Shown in pieces: positions 33,856 through 44,426 of a stretch of DNA of 64,000 nucleotides. The notes under the pieces are model-generated. The model was not told the DNA's origin. It did not search any database and saw only the letters and a program-made list of their open reading frames with translations. A program made the position numbers and the translations under genes. Where the stretch lies: NCBI GenBank assembly GCA_963782395.1, contig CAWAJQ010000003.1, positions 71,364-135,363 on the forward strand, written 5' to 3'. The DNA comes from an uncultured Alphaproteobacteria bacterium (GTDB taxonomy: Bacteria; Pseudomonadota; Alphaproteobacteria; Rhizobiales; Kaistiaceae). The number at the start of each line of letters is the position of its first letter. Position 1 is the stretch's first letter.

Positions 33856-36017
33856 CCCGGCTGCCCGACTACACCGAGCTCACCTGGCGGCGGCCAAAGA
33901 TGACCGCGCCCTCGCCCGCGGCCGACTGGCAGACGCCGGAAGGCATCGCCATCCCGCCGCTGGCACAGGAAGCGCATCTCGCCGATCTCGACTTCCTCGA
34001 CACCTGGCCGGGCCTGCCGCCCTATCTGCGCGGCCCCTACCCGACCATGTATGTCGAGCGGCCCTGGACCATCCGCCAATATGCCGGCTTCTCGACGGCG
34101 GAGGATTCCAACGCCTTCTACCGGCGCAACCTCGCCGGCGGGCAGAAGGGCCTATCGGTCGCCTTCGACCTGCCGACCCACCGCGGCTACGATTCCGACA
34201 ACCCGCGCATTGCCGGCGACGTCGGCATGGCGGGGGTGGCGATCGATTCCATCTACGACATGCGCACGCTGTTCGACGGCATCCCGCTCGGCGAGATCAG
34301 CGTGTCGATGACCATGAACGGCGCCGTCCTGCCGGTGCTGGCGCTCTACGTGGTGGCGGCGGAGGAACAGGGCGTTGCCCAGACGGCGCTGTCGGGGACC
34401 ATCCAGAACGACGTCCTCAAGGAGTTCATGGTCCGCAACACCTACATCTACCCGCCGACCGCCTCGATGCGGATCGTCTCCGACATCATCGCGCATACCT
34501 CGGCGAACATGCCCAAATTCAACCCGATCTCGGTCAGCGGCTATCACATCCAGGAGGCCGGGGCGACGGCCGACCTGGAGCTCGGCTACACGCTCGCCGA
34601 CGGGCTGGAATATGTGCGCGCCGCGTGCGACGCGGGCCTGTCGGTGGATGCCTTCGCGCCGCGCATCTCGTTCTTCTTCGACATCGGCATGAACTTCTTC
34701 ATGGAGGTGGCGAAGCTGCGCGCCGCGCGCCTCTTGTGGGCGAAGCTGATGAAGGAACGCTTCGCGCCCAAGGACGACCGATCATTGATGCTGCGCACCC
34801 ATTGCCAGACGTCGGGCTGGTCGCTGGCGGCGCAGGACCCGTTCAACAACATCGTGCGCACGCTCGTCGAGGCGATGGCGGCCACCCAAGGCCATACCCA
34901 GTCGCTGCACACCAACGCGCTCGACGAGGCGCTGGCGCTGCCCACCGACTTCTCGGCGCGCATCGCCCGCAACACCCAGCTCTACCTGCAGAAGGAATCC
35001 GGCACGACGCGGATCATCGACCCGTGGGGCGGCTCCTATCACGTCGAGCGGCTGACCGCCGAGCTGGCGCGGAAGGCCCTTGAGCACATCGCGGAGACCG
35101 ATGCGCTGGGCGGCATGGCCAAGGCGATCGAGGCCGGCGTGCCGCAGACGCGCATCGAGGAGGCAGCGGCGCGGACGCAGGCGCGGCTCGACAGCGGCCA
35201 TCAGACGGTGGTCGGCGTCAACCGCTACCGCCCGGACGAGGAAGAGCCGATCGATGTGCGCAAGGTCGACAATTCGTCGGTGCTGGCGGCGCAGGTCGCC
35301 AAGCTGAGCGCGTTGCGCGCCGAGCGCGACGGCGCCGTGACGCAAGAGGCGCTGGCCGCGTTGACCGACGCAGCGCGCACAGGCGGCGCCAACCTGCTCA
35401 AGCTCTCCATCGATGCGGCGCGCGCCAAGGCGACGGTAGGCGAGATCAGCCTGGCGCTGGAGCGCGCCTTCGGCCGCTACGAGACGGAGGCACACGCGAT
35501 CAGCGGCACCTATGCGCGCGACATCGACGAGGAAACGATGACGCGGGTTGGCGCGCTGATCCGCACCTTCCATGAGAATGACGGACGGCCGCCGCGCATC
35601 CTGGTCGCCAAGGTCGGCCAGGACGGCCACGACCGCGGGCAGAAGGTGATCGCCTCGGCCTTCGCCGATCTCGGCTTCGACGTGCGCATCGGCCCCCTCT
35701 TCCAGACGCCGGACGAGGCGGCGGCGCGCGCAATCGAATGCGACGTGCATATCGTCGGCGTGTCGTCGCTGGCCGCCGGCCATCTCACGCTGGTGCCGGC
35801 GCTGAAGCGCGCGCTGGAGGCGCAGGGCCGGCCGGACATCATGGTCGTGGTCGGCGGCATCGTGCCCGAGCAGGACTATGGCGCCCTCTACGATGCCGGA
35901 GTCAGCGCCATCTTCGTGCCCGGCACGGTGATCTCGGATGCGGCCGAGCGGCTGATCCGCGACCTCAACCGCCGCCTCGGCTACGAGCAGCCCGATCGCG
36001 CCAACCTGGCGGTGTGA
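33849..36017 (+). CDS. scpA: Methylmalonyl-CoA mutase large (alpha) subunit, B12-dependent
   Basis: 722 aa. [46 protein letters not shown], and C-terminal B12 domain [15 protein letters not shown]. Confidence 0.9.
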   Translation: MVTRLPDYTELTWRRPKMTAPSPAADWQTPEGIAIPPLAQEAHLADLDFLDTWPGLPPYLRGPYPTMYVERPWTIRQYAGFSTAEDSNAFYRRNLAGGQKGLSVAFDLPTHRGYDSDNPRIAGDVGMAGVAIDSIYDMRTLFDGIPLGEISVSMTMNGAVLPVLALYVVAAEEQGVAQTALSGTIQNDVLKEFMVRNTYIYPPTASMRIVSDIIAHTSANMPKFNPISVSGYHIQEAGATADLELGYTLADGLEYVRAACDAGLSVDAFAPRISFFFDIGMNFFMEVAKLRAARLLWAKLMKERFAPKDDRSLMLRTHCQTSGWSLAAQDPFNNIVRTLVEAMAATQGHTQSLHTNALDEALALPTDFSARIARNTQLYLQKESGTTRIIDPWGGSYHVERLTAELARKALEHIAETDALGGMAKAIEAGVPQTRIEEAAARTQARLDSGHQTVVGVNRYRPDEEEPIDVRKVDNSSVLAAQVAKLSALRAERDGAVTQEALAALTDAARTGGANLLKLSIDAARAKATVGEISLALERAFGRYETEAHAISGTYARDIDEETMTRVGALIRTFHENDGRPPRILVAKVGQDGHDRGQKVIASAFADLGFDVRIGPLFQTPDEAAARAIECDVHIVGVSSLAAGHLTLVPALKRALEAQGRPDIMVVVGGIVPEQDYGALYDAGVSAIFVPGTVISDAAERLIRDLNRRLGYEQPDRANLAV

Positions 36018-36064
36018 CCACGGCTTGCGTCCGCGGGGCGTCGGTCATCCAGTGCTACTTTTTC

Positions 36065-36081
36065 TTTAGAATACATATAAA
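36065..36081. promoter_or_regulatory. Candidate Irr-type iron control element (ICE-like) TTTAGAA-TAC-ATATAAA
   Basis: Matches 12 of 14 positions of the TTTAGAA-N3-TTCTAAA consensus as I recall it. It lies inside a ~75-bp AT-rich island about 250 bp upstream of efeU. Confidence 0.4.
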
Positions 36082-36323
36082 CTATTGATAACTATTTGCT
36101 TTTTGGAGTACGTCCAATTATACGAGGCGCCCTGTCCGCGGGCACGCGACGTGTCGGCCTTGAACCGGCATCAGTTGTGAGAGCTTCGGACAGCGCCTGT
36201 GAAGAAGTCCGTCTTCGCGTCAGCATATTTCGCGGGCTGCCTTAACGACTACCTCGTGCGCCACGCCGCCGCCGTCATCGGTGCCGGCCTGTCCGCGCCG
36301 TCGCCGAGAAGGAAACCGAAACG

Positions 36324-37184
36324 GTGTTTGCCGCCTTTCTGATCATGCTGCGCGAGGGGCTGGAAGCGGCCCTGATCACCGGAATCGTCGCGACCTATCT
36401 GAGCCAGACCGGCCGCTCGGCCTGGCTGCCGGCAGTCTGGGTGGGCGTGTTCCTCGCCCTCGCTCTGTCACTGTTCGTCGGCGCCGGCCTGCAGCTCGCC
36501 AGCGCCTCCTTCCCGCAGAAGGCCCAGGAGCTGTTCGAGGCCGCGGTCAGGGCCGTCGCCGTCGGCGTCCTGGTGTGGATGGTGTTCTGGATGCGCCGCG
36601 CCGCACGGTCCATCAAGGCGGAGCTGCACAGCTCGATCGACGCCGCCCTCTCTTCCTCCTCCAGTCAGGGCTGGGCGCTGATTGGCATGGTCTTTTTCGC
36701 AGTGGCGCGCGAGGGACTGGAATCGGTGTTCTTCCTGCTGGCGATCTTCCAGCAGACCTCCGGCCCCGGCGCACCGGCGGCAGCACTTGCCGGCATCCTG
36801 GTCGCGGCCGCCGCCGGCTACGCCATCTATGTCGGCGGGGCGCGACTGAACTTGCGCCTCTTCTTCCGCTGGACGGGCGTGTTCATCCTTTTTGTCGCCG
36901 CCGGTCTGGCGGCCGGCGTTCTCGGCAACCTGCACGAGGCCGGCCTGTGGAACGTCTTGCAGGAGCACGCCTACGATTTCAGCGCCGTCCTGCCGGAGTC
37001 GAGCCTTATCGGCGTGATCCTCGGCGGCATCTTCAACTATCAGGAGGCGCCGACCGTCGGCCAGGCGATCGTCTATGTCGCCTTCCTGGCCGTCACCTTC
37101 TTCTTCTTCCTGCGTCCCGCGCCCGCTCCCCGGCCTCACCTGCAGGCCGCCGACCTTCGCGGAGACGCCAATGCCGGCTCCTGA
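36324..37184 (+). CDS. efeU: Ferrous iron permease EfeU (FTR1 family)
   Basis: GTG start. Two REGLE motifs (MLREGLEAAL and AREGLESVFF). Confidence 0.85.
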   Translation: MFAAFLIMLREGLEAALITGIVATYLSQTGRSAWLPAVWVGVFLALALSLFVGAGLQLASASFPQKAQELFEAAVRAVAVGVLVWMVFWMRRAARSIKAELHSSIDAALSSSSSQGWALIGMVFFAVAREGLESVFFLLAIFQQTSGPGAPAAALAGILVAAAAGYAIYVGGARLNLRLFFRWTGVFILFVAAGLAAGVLGNLHEAGLWNVLQEHAYDFSAVLPESSLIGVILGGIFNYQEAPTVGQAIVYVAFLAVTFFFFLRPAPAPRPHLQAADLRGDANAGS

Positions 37185-38352
37185 CGCGGCGACGGGCGGC
37201 GCGCCCCGCGCCCTGCGCTTCGCAGTCCCTCTGACGGCCGCGCTGGCGGTCGCCGGCGGCGTCGCCTTCTACGCCGCCAGCCAGATGCGCGGCCCGGCGA
37301 CGGTTGCCGGCGCCCACCAGATCGTGGTGACGGCCAATGCGTGCCAGCCGAACGAACTGACCGTGCCGGCCGGGCGGCGGACGTTCGAGATCGTCAACCG
37401 CTCCAACCGGGCACTCGAATGGGAAATCCTCGACGGCGTGCTGGTGTTGGCCGAGCGCGAGAACATCACGCCGGGCCTGAAGTCGACCGTCGAAGTGCGC
37501 CTGCGGCCGGGCGACTACGCCATCACCTGCGGCCTGCTCTCCAATCCGCGAGGGCGCCTGCATGTGACGGCGGCCGGCGCCACGGACGAGACCGGCAAGA
37601 CGCCCGACACCCGCGCCTTCATCGGCGCGCTATCGGAATACAAGGTCTATCTGATCCTCGAAAGCAGCGCGATGGTGAGCGCTGCCCAGGGACTCGCCGC
37701 GGCGATCCAAGAAGGCGACCTCGCCCAGGCGCGGAACCTCTACGAGGCGGCGCGCCTGCCCTACAAGCGCATCGAGCCCACCGCCTATCGCTTTGCCGAC
37801 CTCGCCAACGCCATCAATCCGGTCGCCGACTATCTGGCTGAGCGCGAAGCGGACCCCGCCTTCATCGGCTATCACCGCGTCGAATATGCGCTCTTCGGCG
37901 GCGGCGACGTCAAGGATCTGCCCGCGGCGGCGGACAGGCTGGTGACCGACCTCGGAATCCTGAAGACGCGCCTCGGCGGCTTGAAGCTGACGCCGCCCGA
38001 CCTCGCCGACAGCGCGGCGCGGATGGCCGAGCAGCTCGCCGACGGGCGAGTCACCCATGGCGAGGATCGCTATGCCGGCACCGATCTCGCCGATATCGCG
38101 GCCAACCTGGAGGGCATCGCCAAGCTTGTCGGGCTTCTCGATCCGATCGTGAAGGTCGCCGCGCCCGATGCCATGGCGACGGTCGATGCCGGGCTCGCCG
38201 CCACGACCAGGACACTGGCGGCGCTGAAGCGGGGCGACGCCTGGCCGGCCTACGACACGGTTTCGGCGAGTCAACGCAAGGCGTTGGCCTATTCCTTCAA
38301 GGCGCTGGCTGAAGCCCTCGACGCCGTCAACGGCGCCATCGGCCTCTCCTGA
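37171..38352 (+). CDS. efeO: Iron uptake component EfeO (cupredoxin-like N-domain plus M75/imelysin-like domain)
   Basis: Start MPAPDAATGG. ...PGDYAITCGLL... is cupredoxin-like. GYHRVEYALFG is the HxxE motif. Confidence 0.8.
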   Translation: MPAPDAATGGAPRALRFAVPLTAALAVAGGVAFYAASQMRGPATVAGAHQIVVTANACQPNELTVPAGRRTFEIVNRSNRALEWEILDGVLVLAERENITPGLKSTVEVRLRPGDYAITCGLLSNPRGRLHVTAAGATDETGKTPDTRAFIGALSEYKVYLILESSAMVSAAQGLAAAIQEGDLAQARNLYEAARLPYKRIEPTAYRFADLANAINPVADYLAEREADPAFIGYHRVEYALFGGGDVKDLPAAADRLVTDLGILKTRLGGLKLTPPDLADSAARMAEQLADGRVTHGEDRYAGTDLADIAANLEGIAKLVGLLDPIVKVAAPDAMATVDAGLAATTRTLAALKRGDAWPAYDTVSASQRKALAYSFKALAEALDAVNGAIGLS

Positions 38353-38375
38353 TCCCAACGATCGTCGACCCTGGG

Positions 38376-39689
38376 ATGACAACCATGTCCGAATCCACCA
38401 CCAACCGCCGCAAGCTGCTTCTCGGCATGGGCGCCGCCGCCGGCGGGGCGCTGGCCGGTGGCCTGTCGCCGGCCCATGCGGAAGCCCACGCCACCGACGG
38501 CGCGCGCGCCGCCGATGCGCCGCCGCGCTTCGTTGCGGCGAGCGAGCGCCAAACCGTCTACGGCGTGCATCAGGCCGGCATCGTCACGCCGCGGCCGGCG
38601 AACGGTATGGTGGCGTCGTTCGACGCGGTGGTGCGCGAGCCCGCCGACCTCGAAGCGCTGCTTCGCCGTCTGACCGAACGTATCGTGTTCCTGACCCAGG
38701 GCGGCCAGCCGCCGGTGCTCGACCCCAAGCTGCCGCCCGCCGATTCCGGCATTCTCGGGCCGGTGGTGGCGCCGGACGACCTCACCATCACCGTGTCGCT
38801 CGGCGCCTCGCTGTTCGAGGGGCGGCCGTGGCTTGCCGCCCACGCGCCGCGGCAGCTCAGGCCCATGACGCAGTTTCCCAACGACGCGCTCGACCCGGCG
38901 CTCTGCCACGGCGACATCGCGCTGCAGCTCTGCGCCAACACGCAGGACACCACCATCTACGCGCTGCGCGACATTGTGAAGAACCTGTCCGAGTTCCTGG
39001 TGCTGCGCTGGCGGCAGGAGGGCAGCGTGCCGGCGGTGCCGGCCAACCCCAACGGCACGCGGCAGAGCGCGCGCAACTTCCTCGGCTTCCGCGACGGCAC
39101 CGCCAATCCCGATTCAACGGACGCGGCGGTGATGGACGATATCGTCTGGGTGAGCGTCGGCAGCGGCGAGCCGGACTGGGCGGTCGGCGGCAGCTATCAG
39201 GCGGTGCGCATCATCCGCAATTTCGTTGAGCGCTGGGACCGCACGCCGCTGGAGGAGCAGCAACACATCTTCGGGCGCAAGAAGGTGAGTGGCGCGCCGC
39301 TCGACGGCCGCCAAGAGCACGACGTGCCGAACTATGCCGCCGATCCGCACGGCAAGGTGACGCCGCTCACCGCCCACATCCGCCGCGCCAATCCGCGCAT
39401 TCCGTCGACGCAGGAGAACCTGATCCTGCGGCGGCCGTTCAACTATTCGAACGGCGTCGCCGCCTCCGGCCAGATCGATCAGGGGCTGCTCTTCATCGTC
39501 TATCAGGCCGACCTCGAGAAGGGCTTCATCACGGTGCAGAGCCGGCTCAACGGCGAGCCGCTCGAGGAATACATCAAGCCGGTCGGTGGCGGCTATTTCT
39601 TCGTTCTTCCCGGCGTTCGCGAGGCCGGCGGCTATCTCGGCCAGGACCTCGTCGCGGCCGTCACCGCTTCCGACGCAACCCACCCCTAG
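38376..39689 (+). CDS. efeB: Dyp-type peroxidase / deferrochelatase EfeB, Tat-exported
   Basis: Tat signal NRRKLLLGMGAAAGGAL. GFRDGTANP Dyp motif. Confidence 0.85.
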   Translation: MTTMSESTTNRRKLLLGMGAAAGGALAGGLSPAHAEAHATDGARAADAPPRFVAASERQTVYGVHQAGIVTPRPANGMVASFDAVVREPADLEALLRRLTERIVFLTQGGQPPVLDPKLPPADSGILGPVVAPDDLTITVSLGASLFEGRPWLAAHAPRQLRPMTQFPNDALDPALCHGDIALQLCANTQDTTIYALRDIVKNLSEFLVLRWRQEGSVPAVPANPNGTRQSARNFLGFRDGTANPDSTDAAVMDDIVWVSVGSGEPDWAVGGSYQAVRIIRNFVERWDRTPLEEQQHIFGRKKVSGAPLDGRQEHDVPNYAADPHGKVTPLTAHIRRANPRIPSTQENLILRRPFNYSNGVAASGQIDQGLLFIVYQADLEKGFITVQSRLNGEPLEEYIKPVGGGYFFVLPGVREAGGYLGQDLVAAVTASDATHP

Positions 39690-39711
39690 GCACAACAGGA
39701 GACTTCCTGAG

Positions 39712-40533
39712 ATGAAGCTTGCACCTCTGCTCGCGGCAGCAACGCTCGCGGTGCTCATCGCACCGGTGGCCGCCTCCGCGTCCACCGATGCAACGCTCGA
39801 TCTGGTCGAGCCGATCGCCAACTACAAGCTCTACGTGGCCGAACACACGGCGAAACTCGTCCAGGACACCGGCAAATTCGTCGACGCGATCCATGCCGGC
39901 GATCTCGACAGGGCGAAGGCGCTCTACGCGCCGACGCGCATGAGCTACGAGACGATCGAGCCGATCGCGGAACTCTTCAGCGACCTCGATGTGTCGATCG
40001 ACGCGCGCGCCGATGACTACGAGAAGGGCGAGAAGGATCCGACCTTCACCGGCTTCCACCGCCTCGAATACGGCCTGTGGGAGACGGGCAGCACCGACGG
40101 GCTCGGCGACTATGCCGACAAGCTGCTCGCCGACGTGAAGGATCTCAACCAGCGCATCGCCGATCTCACCTTTCCACCAGAGACGGTAGTGGGCGGCGCC
40201 GCGGCGCTGATGGAAGAGGTCGCGGCCACCAAGATTTCGGGCGAGGAGGACCGCTACAGCCACACCGACCTCTGGGACTTCAAGGCCAATTTCGACGGCT
40301 CACAGAAGATCTTCGAGCTGGTCAAGCCGCTGCTCTCCAAGGACGGCGATTTCGTCGCCAAGGTCTCGGACAACTTCCAGACGGTCGATGAGACGCTCGC
40401 CAAGTACAGGCAAGGCGCCGGCTACGAGACCTACGACAAGCTGACCGACGCCGACCGAACCGTGCTGGCAGCCTCCGTCAATACGCTGGCCGAGGACCTC
40501 TCGACGCTGCGCGGCAAGCTCGGGCTGGACTGA
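39712..40533 (+). CDS. EfeM/EfeO-family imelysin-like periplasmic protein (second copy, no cupredoxin domain)
   Basis: Signal peptide. GFHRLEYGLWE is the HxxE motif. Confidence 0.75.
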   Translation: MKLAPLLAAATLAVLIAPVAASASTDATLDLVEPIANYKLYVAEHTAKLVQDTGKFVDAIHAGDLDRAKALYAPTRMSYETIEPIAELFSDLDVSIDARADDYEKGEKDPTFTGFHRLEYGLWETGSTDGLGDYADKLLADVKDLNQRIADLTFPPETVVGGAAALMEEVAATKISGEEDRYSHTDLWDFKANFDGSQKIFELVKPLLSKDGDFVAKVSDNFQTVDETLAKYRQGAGYETYDKLTDADRTVLAASVNTLAEDLSTLRGKLGLD

Positions 40534-40585
40534 CTGGAACCTATCCGGACAAATTGGCTCCCCCCTCCTCCGGCACTGCGCGCCG

Positions 40586-40608
40586 ACCTCTCCCCGATGG
40601 GGAGAGGT
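40586..40608. repeat. REP-like hairpin ACCTCTCCCC-GAT-GGGGAGAGGT
   Basis: 10-bp perfect stem about 50 bp after the 39712-40533 gene. Confidence 0.65.
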
Positions 40609-40689
40609 GACCCGTCCCATTCCGGCACGGTTTTGCCGGCACGGGTCTTGAACCGACTCCCGAACGATTTCGGATTCGGGAGTTTCGGC

Positions 40690-42045
40690 ATGAATCGACG
40701 CAGTTTCCTCGCCGGTGCCCTGGGCGCAGCCGTCGCGACACCAGCGGCCGCGGCCACCAACCCCACCGGCCCCGTGCTTCGCGGGACGCTCGCCGCAACG
40801 GAACTCGGCCTCGACACCGCCAAGGCCGAAGACCAGAGCCGCATCCTGCAGAGGCTGCTCGAATCGGCGTCGGACCAGGACCGCGAGGTCTTCCTGCCCG
40901 CCGGCACCTACATGATCTCGAATCTCAGGCTGCCGGCGCGCGTGCGCCTGTCCGGCGTCGTCGGCGCGACCAAGCTGGTGTTCGCCGGCGGCGACAGCAT
41001 GATCACAGCGTCGCGCTCGGAACTGGTGGCGCTCTCCGGTCTCACCATCGACGGTGCCGGCCAGCCCTTCGCCGACTATGTGGCGGGGCTCGTGCATCTC
41101 GCCGAGTGCAACGGCGTCGCCATCGAGGACTGCGTCATCACCGGCAGCTCCGGCAACGGGCTGGCGCTCGACCGCTCGGCCGGGCGCGTCACGCGCACGA
41201 CGGTCACCAACGCGGCCAAGGCCGGCATCCGGGCGATCGAATCGACCGGTCTCGCGATCACCGACAACACCGTCAGCGATTGCGGCAATGGCGGCATCCT
41301 CGTCTGGCGCTGGTCGGCGGGCGAAGACGGCACGCTGGTCACCGGCAACCGGGTCGAGCGGATCGCCGCCAAGGATGGCGGCACCGGCGAGAACGGCAAC
41401 GGCATCAACGTCTTTCGCGCCCACGGCGTCATCGTCGCCAGCAACCGGGTCGCCGACTGCGCCTTCACGTCGGTTCGCGCGAACTCCGCCGACAACGTCC
41501 AGATCACCGGCAACAGCTGCCTGCGCTCCGGCGAGGTCGCCATCTATTCGGAATTCGGCTTCTCGGGCGCGCTCATCGCCAACAACGTCATCGACGGAGC
41601 GGCGAGCGGCATCAGCGTGACCAACTTCGACAGCGGCGGCCATCTTGCCGCGGTGTCGGGCAATATCCTGCGCAATATCACCGGCAAGGGCCCCTACCCT
41701 TCCGGCGGCCCGAGCTTCGGCGTCGGCATCGCGGTGGAAGCGGACGTGGCGGCGACCGGCAACGTCATCGACGGTGCGGCCCGCTACGGCATGCAGCTCG
41801 GCTGGGGTCCGTATCTCCGCGACGTGGCGGCGACCGGCAACGTCGTCCGCGGCGTGCCGATCGGCATCGCGGTCAGCGTCGTCGAGGGCGCCGGGTCAGC
41901 CGTCATCAGTGACAACCTGATCTCCGGCGCCGACGAGGGCGCGGTGGTCGGCATGCGCTGGGACAAGACGGCGACCGGCGACCTCGCCCAGAACGGCGCG
42001 AAGGATTACCCGCACCTGCTGGTGGAACGGAATCGCATCAGCTAG
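40690..42045 (+). CDS. Tat-exported parallel beta-helix repeat protein (TIGR03808-like)
   Basis: Start MNRRSFLAGALGAAVATPAAA (twin-arginine). Repeated ...I.DN.I... / GI.V... beta-helix repeat units. Confidence 0.7.
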   Translation: MNRRSFLAGALGAAVATPAAAATNPTGPVLRGTLAATELGLDTAKAEDQSRILQRLLESASDQDREVFLPAGTYMISNLRLPARVRLSGVVGATKLVFAGGDSMITASRSELVALSGLTIDGAGQPFADYVAGLVHLAECNGVAIEDCVITGSSGNGLALDRSAGRVTRTTVTNAAKAGIRAIESTGLAITDNTVSDCGNGGILVWRWSAGEDGTLVTGNRVERIAAKDGGTGENGNGINVFRAHGVIVASNRVADCAFTSVRANSADNVQITGNSCLRSGEVAIYSEFGFSGALIANNVIDGAASGISVTNFDSGGHLAAVSGNILRNITGKGPYPSGGPSFGVGIAVEADVAATGNVIDGAARYGMQLGWGPYLRDVAATGNVVRGVPIGIAVSVVEGAGSAVISDNLISGADEGAVVGMRWDKTATGDLAQNGAKDYPHLLVERNRIS

Positions 42046-43075
42046 TTAGCGGCTTCCCCTTGCGAAGCGATTCAACCAGCCCGGCGACCGGCCGGACGGC
42101 ACCGACCATCGCGCCGCGGCGGGAGAGGATGGGCGGCGACAGGCGCGGCGCCATCCGCCCGCGTTCCTCGGCACTCATGGGGACAAGAGCGTCGATCACC
42201 GCGGCCATCACGGTCTCCGCGGCGCGCGTTCCCCCGTCGTCGCACTTCAGCGCGACGCCCAATCCCAGTTCCGGCAAGGCGGCGCAGAAGACGCCCTCGG
42301 CGCCGGTCTTGACGAAAACGCGGCCGGGCAAGGCCATCATGACATCGGTGCAGAACCGGTCGGTGCCAGCGACCATGAAGGGCTCGGCCATGCACGCGGC
42401 GCTGAGACGGCGGGCAGCGGCTGCGCGCTCGGGCGACAGGCCCTCGCCGGTGATGAAGCGGGCAAAGGCGAGCGCCAGCGCCGCGATGGGGATCGCGTAG
42501 GTCGGGATCGAGCAGCCGTCGACGCCGCGCACCTCCGCACCGAGGCTGACGCCGGTCATCGCCGCCAATGTCGCCGTGATCTCGCGCATCGCCGGATGGT
42601 CGGGTGTCACATAACCCTTGGGATCGAGGCCGCGATGGCAGGCGAGGCAGATGAAGCCGGCATGCTTGCCGGAGCAATTGTTGTGCAGCTGGTTGGGCTC
42701 GAGGCCGGCGCGGACGAGGGCCTGTGCGGCGGCTTGAGACGACGGTATCTGGCAACCGCATTCGAGATCGGCCTCGCCCCTGCCCGCCTTGGCCAGCATC
42801 GCGGCCGCCGTCTCCACGTGGCGCGGCTCGGCGTTGTGGGAGGAACAGGCCAATGCCAGTTCGGCATTGCCGAAGCCGTAGCGGTCCGCCGCGCCGCTTT
42901 CGACCAGCGGCAGGGCCTGCAACGCCTTCACCGCCGAGCGCGGGAAGACGCACTGCCCGGTGTCGCCGATCGCCGCCCGTGTCCTGCCGTTGGCATCGAC
43001 AATGGCGACGGCGCCGCGATGCACGCTCTCGACCAGCGCGCCGCGGGTGACCTCGACCAGAACGGGATTGCTCAT
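42038..43075 (-). CDS. Asparaginase-II-family protein (PF06089-like)
   Basis: Start MSNPVLVEVTRGALVESVHRGAVAIVD. VFPRSAVKALQALPLVESGA and NNCSGKHAGF motifs. Confidence 0.7.
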   Translation of the reverse strand: MSNPVLVEVTRGALVESVHRGAVAIVDANGRTRAAIGDTGQCVFPRSAVKALQALPLVESGAADRYGFGNAELALACSSHNAEPRHVETAAAMLAKAGRGEADLECGCQIPSSQAAAQALVRAGLEPNQLHNNCSGKHAGFICLACHRGLDPKGYVTPDHPAMREITATLAAMTGVSLGAEVRGVDGCSIPTYAIPIAALALAFARFITGEGLSPERAAAARRLSAACMAEPFMVAGTDRFCTDVMMALPGRVFVKTGAEGVFCAALPELGLGVALKCDDGGTRAAETVMAAVIDALVPMSAEERGRMAPRLSPPILSRRGAMVGAVRPVAGLVESLRKGKPLTS

Positions 43076-44248
43076 GCGCCGCTTGTACGCCCGCCCAGCC
43101 ACGCGGCAAGACGCGCCAACGCCGCATCCAGAACCTCGTCGCGCTTGGAGAAACAGAAGCGGACGAAATGGCGCGGGCCATCGGCATCGTAGAAGGCGGA
43201 CATGGGCACGGCGGCAACGCCTGCTTCCAGCGTCATGCGCTTGCACAGTTCGGCGTCGGCCTCGTTGAGGCGCAGCGGCGAGACATCGGCGGTGATGAAA
43301 TAGGTGCCGGCGCAGGGGGCGACATCAAAGCCCAGCGCGGCGATGCCGTCGGCGAAGCGATCGCGCTTCTTCTCCAGGTCGCCGGAGAGGCCGGCATAGT
43401 AGTCGTCGCCCTTGGCCAGCCCGAAGGCGACCGCCTTCTGCAGGTTGGGCGGCGTGGTGAAGGTGGTGAACTGGTGCGCCTTGGTGATCGGGTCGAGCAG
43501 ATGCGGCGGCGCCGTGACGTAGCCGACCTTCCAGCCGGTGAGCGAAAAGGTCTTGCCCGCCGAGCCGATGCGTACCGAGCGCTCGCCCATGCCGGGAAGC
43601 GTCATCAGTGGAAACGTGGCGGCGGCCGTCGAACAGGATGTGCTCGTAGACCTCGTCGCAGATGGCGACGGCGTCGTGGGCGATGCAGAGTTCGGCGATC
43701 AGCAACAGCTCGTCGCGGCTGAAGACCTTGGCCGCCGGGTTCATCGGATTGTTGATGAGGATCGCCTTGGTTTTGGGGCCGAAGGCTGCGGCGAGCGCGG
43801 CTCGGTCGAGCGTCCAGTCGGGCGGGGTGAGGCGCACCAGCCGCGGAACGCCCCCGGCGCGCCGGACCAGCGGCAGATAGCAGTCGTAGAGCGGCTCGAT
43901 CAGCACCACCTCGTCGCCGGGGACGATCAGGCCGGCCATGCAGTCGGACAGCGCCTCGGTGGCGCCGGAGGTGACCAGCACTTGCGTCTGCCAGTCCACG
44001 TCGAGGCCGTAGAAGCGCTGGTTGGCATCCGCCACCGCCTGGCGCAGCTCGACGAGGCCCATCATCGGCGGATACTGGTTGAGGCCGGAGACAAGCTCCT
44101 CCGCCGCGAGCCTCTTCACATCGGCGGGGCCGTCGACGTCCGGGAAGCCCTGGCCGAGATTGATAGCGCCCTCGGCGATGGCAAGCCGCGACATGACCTC
44201 GAAGATGGTCATGGGCAGGCCGGAATAGACCGGATTGGTGGACTTCAA
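43072..44248 (-). pseudogene. PLP-dependent aminotransferase (YbdL/KAT-like, class I/II) interrupted by a 1-nt frameshift
   Basis: The N-terminal part (…AINLGQGFPD…EHILFDGRRHV) and the C-terminal part (MTLPGMGERSVRIGSAGKTFSLTGWKVGY…) are in different frames. Removing one T from the coding-strand TTT (plus-strand AAA at 43612-43614) restores …RRHVPLMTLPGM…. The likely start is TTG at 44248, after a GGGAGGGG RBS. Confidence 0.8.
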
Positions 44249-44426
44249 ACGCCCCTCCCGACGATTGCGGCGGAGCTTAGGCAGGTGCCCAGGCGGGTGC
44301 AATGCTCACGGAGCCGTGATCTCGCCGCCTGACGCCGGTGAAACTTCTCGCCCGTGCGGCCCGTAGCTGTCGATGTCCCCGGCATTCGGGAGACGCCGAT
44401 ACACCCCGTTCGAGGAGAATGCTCCC

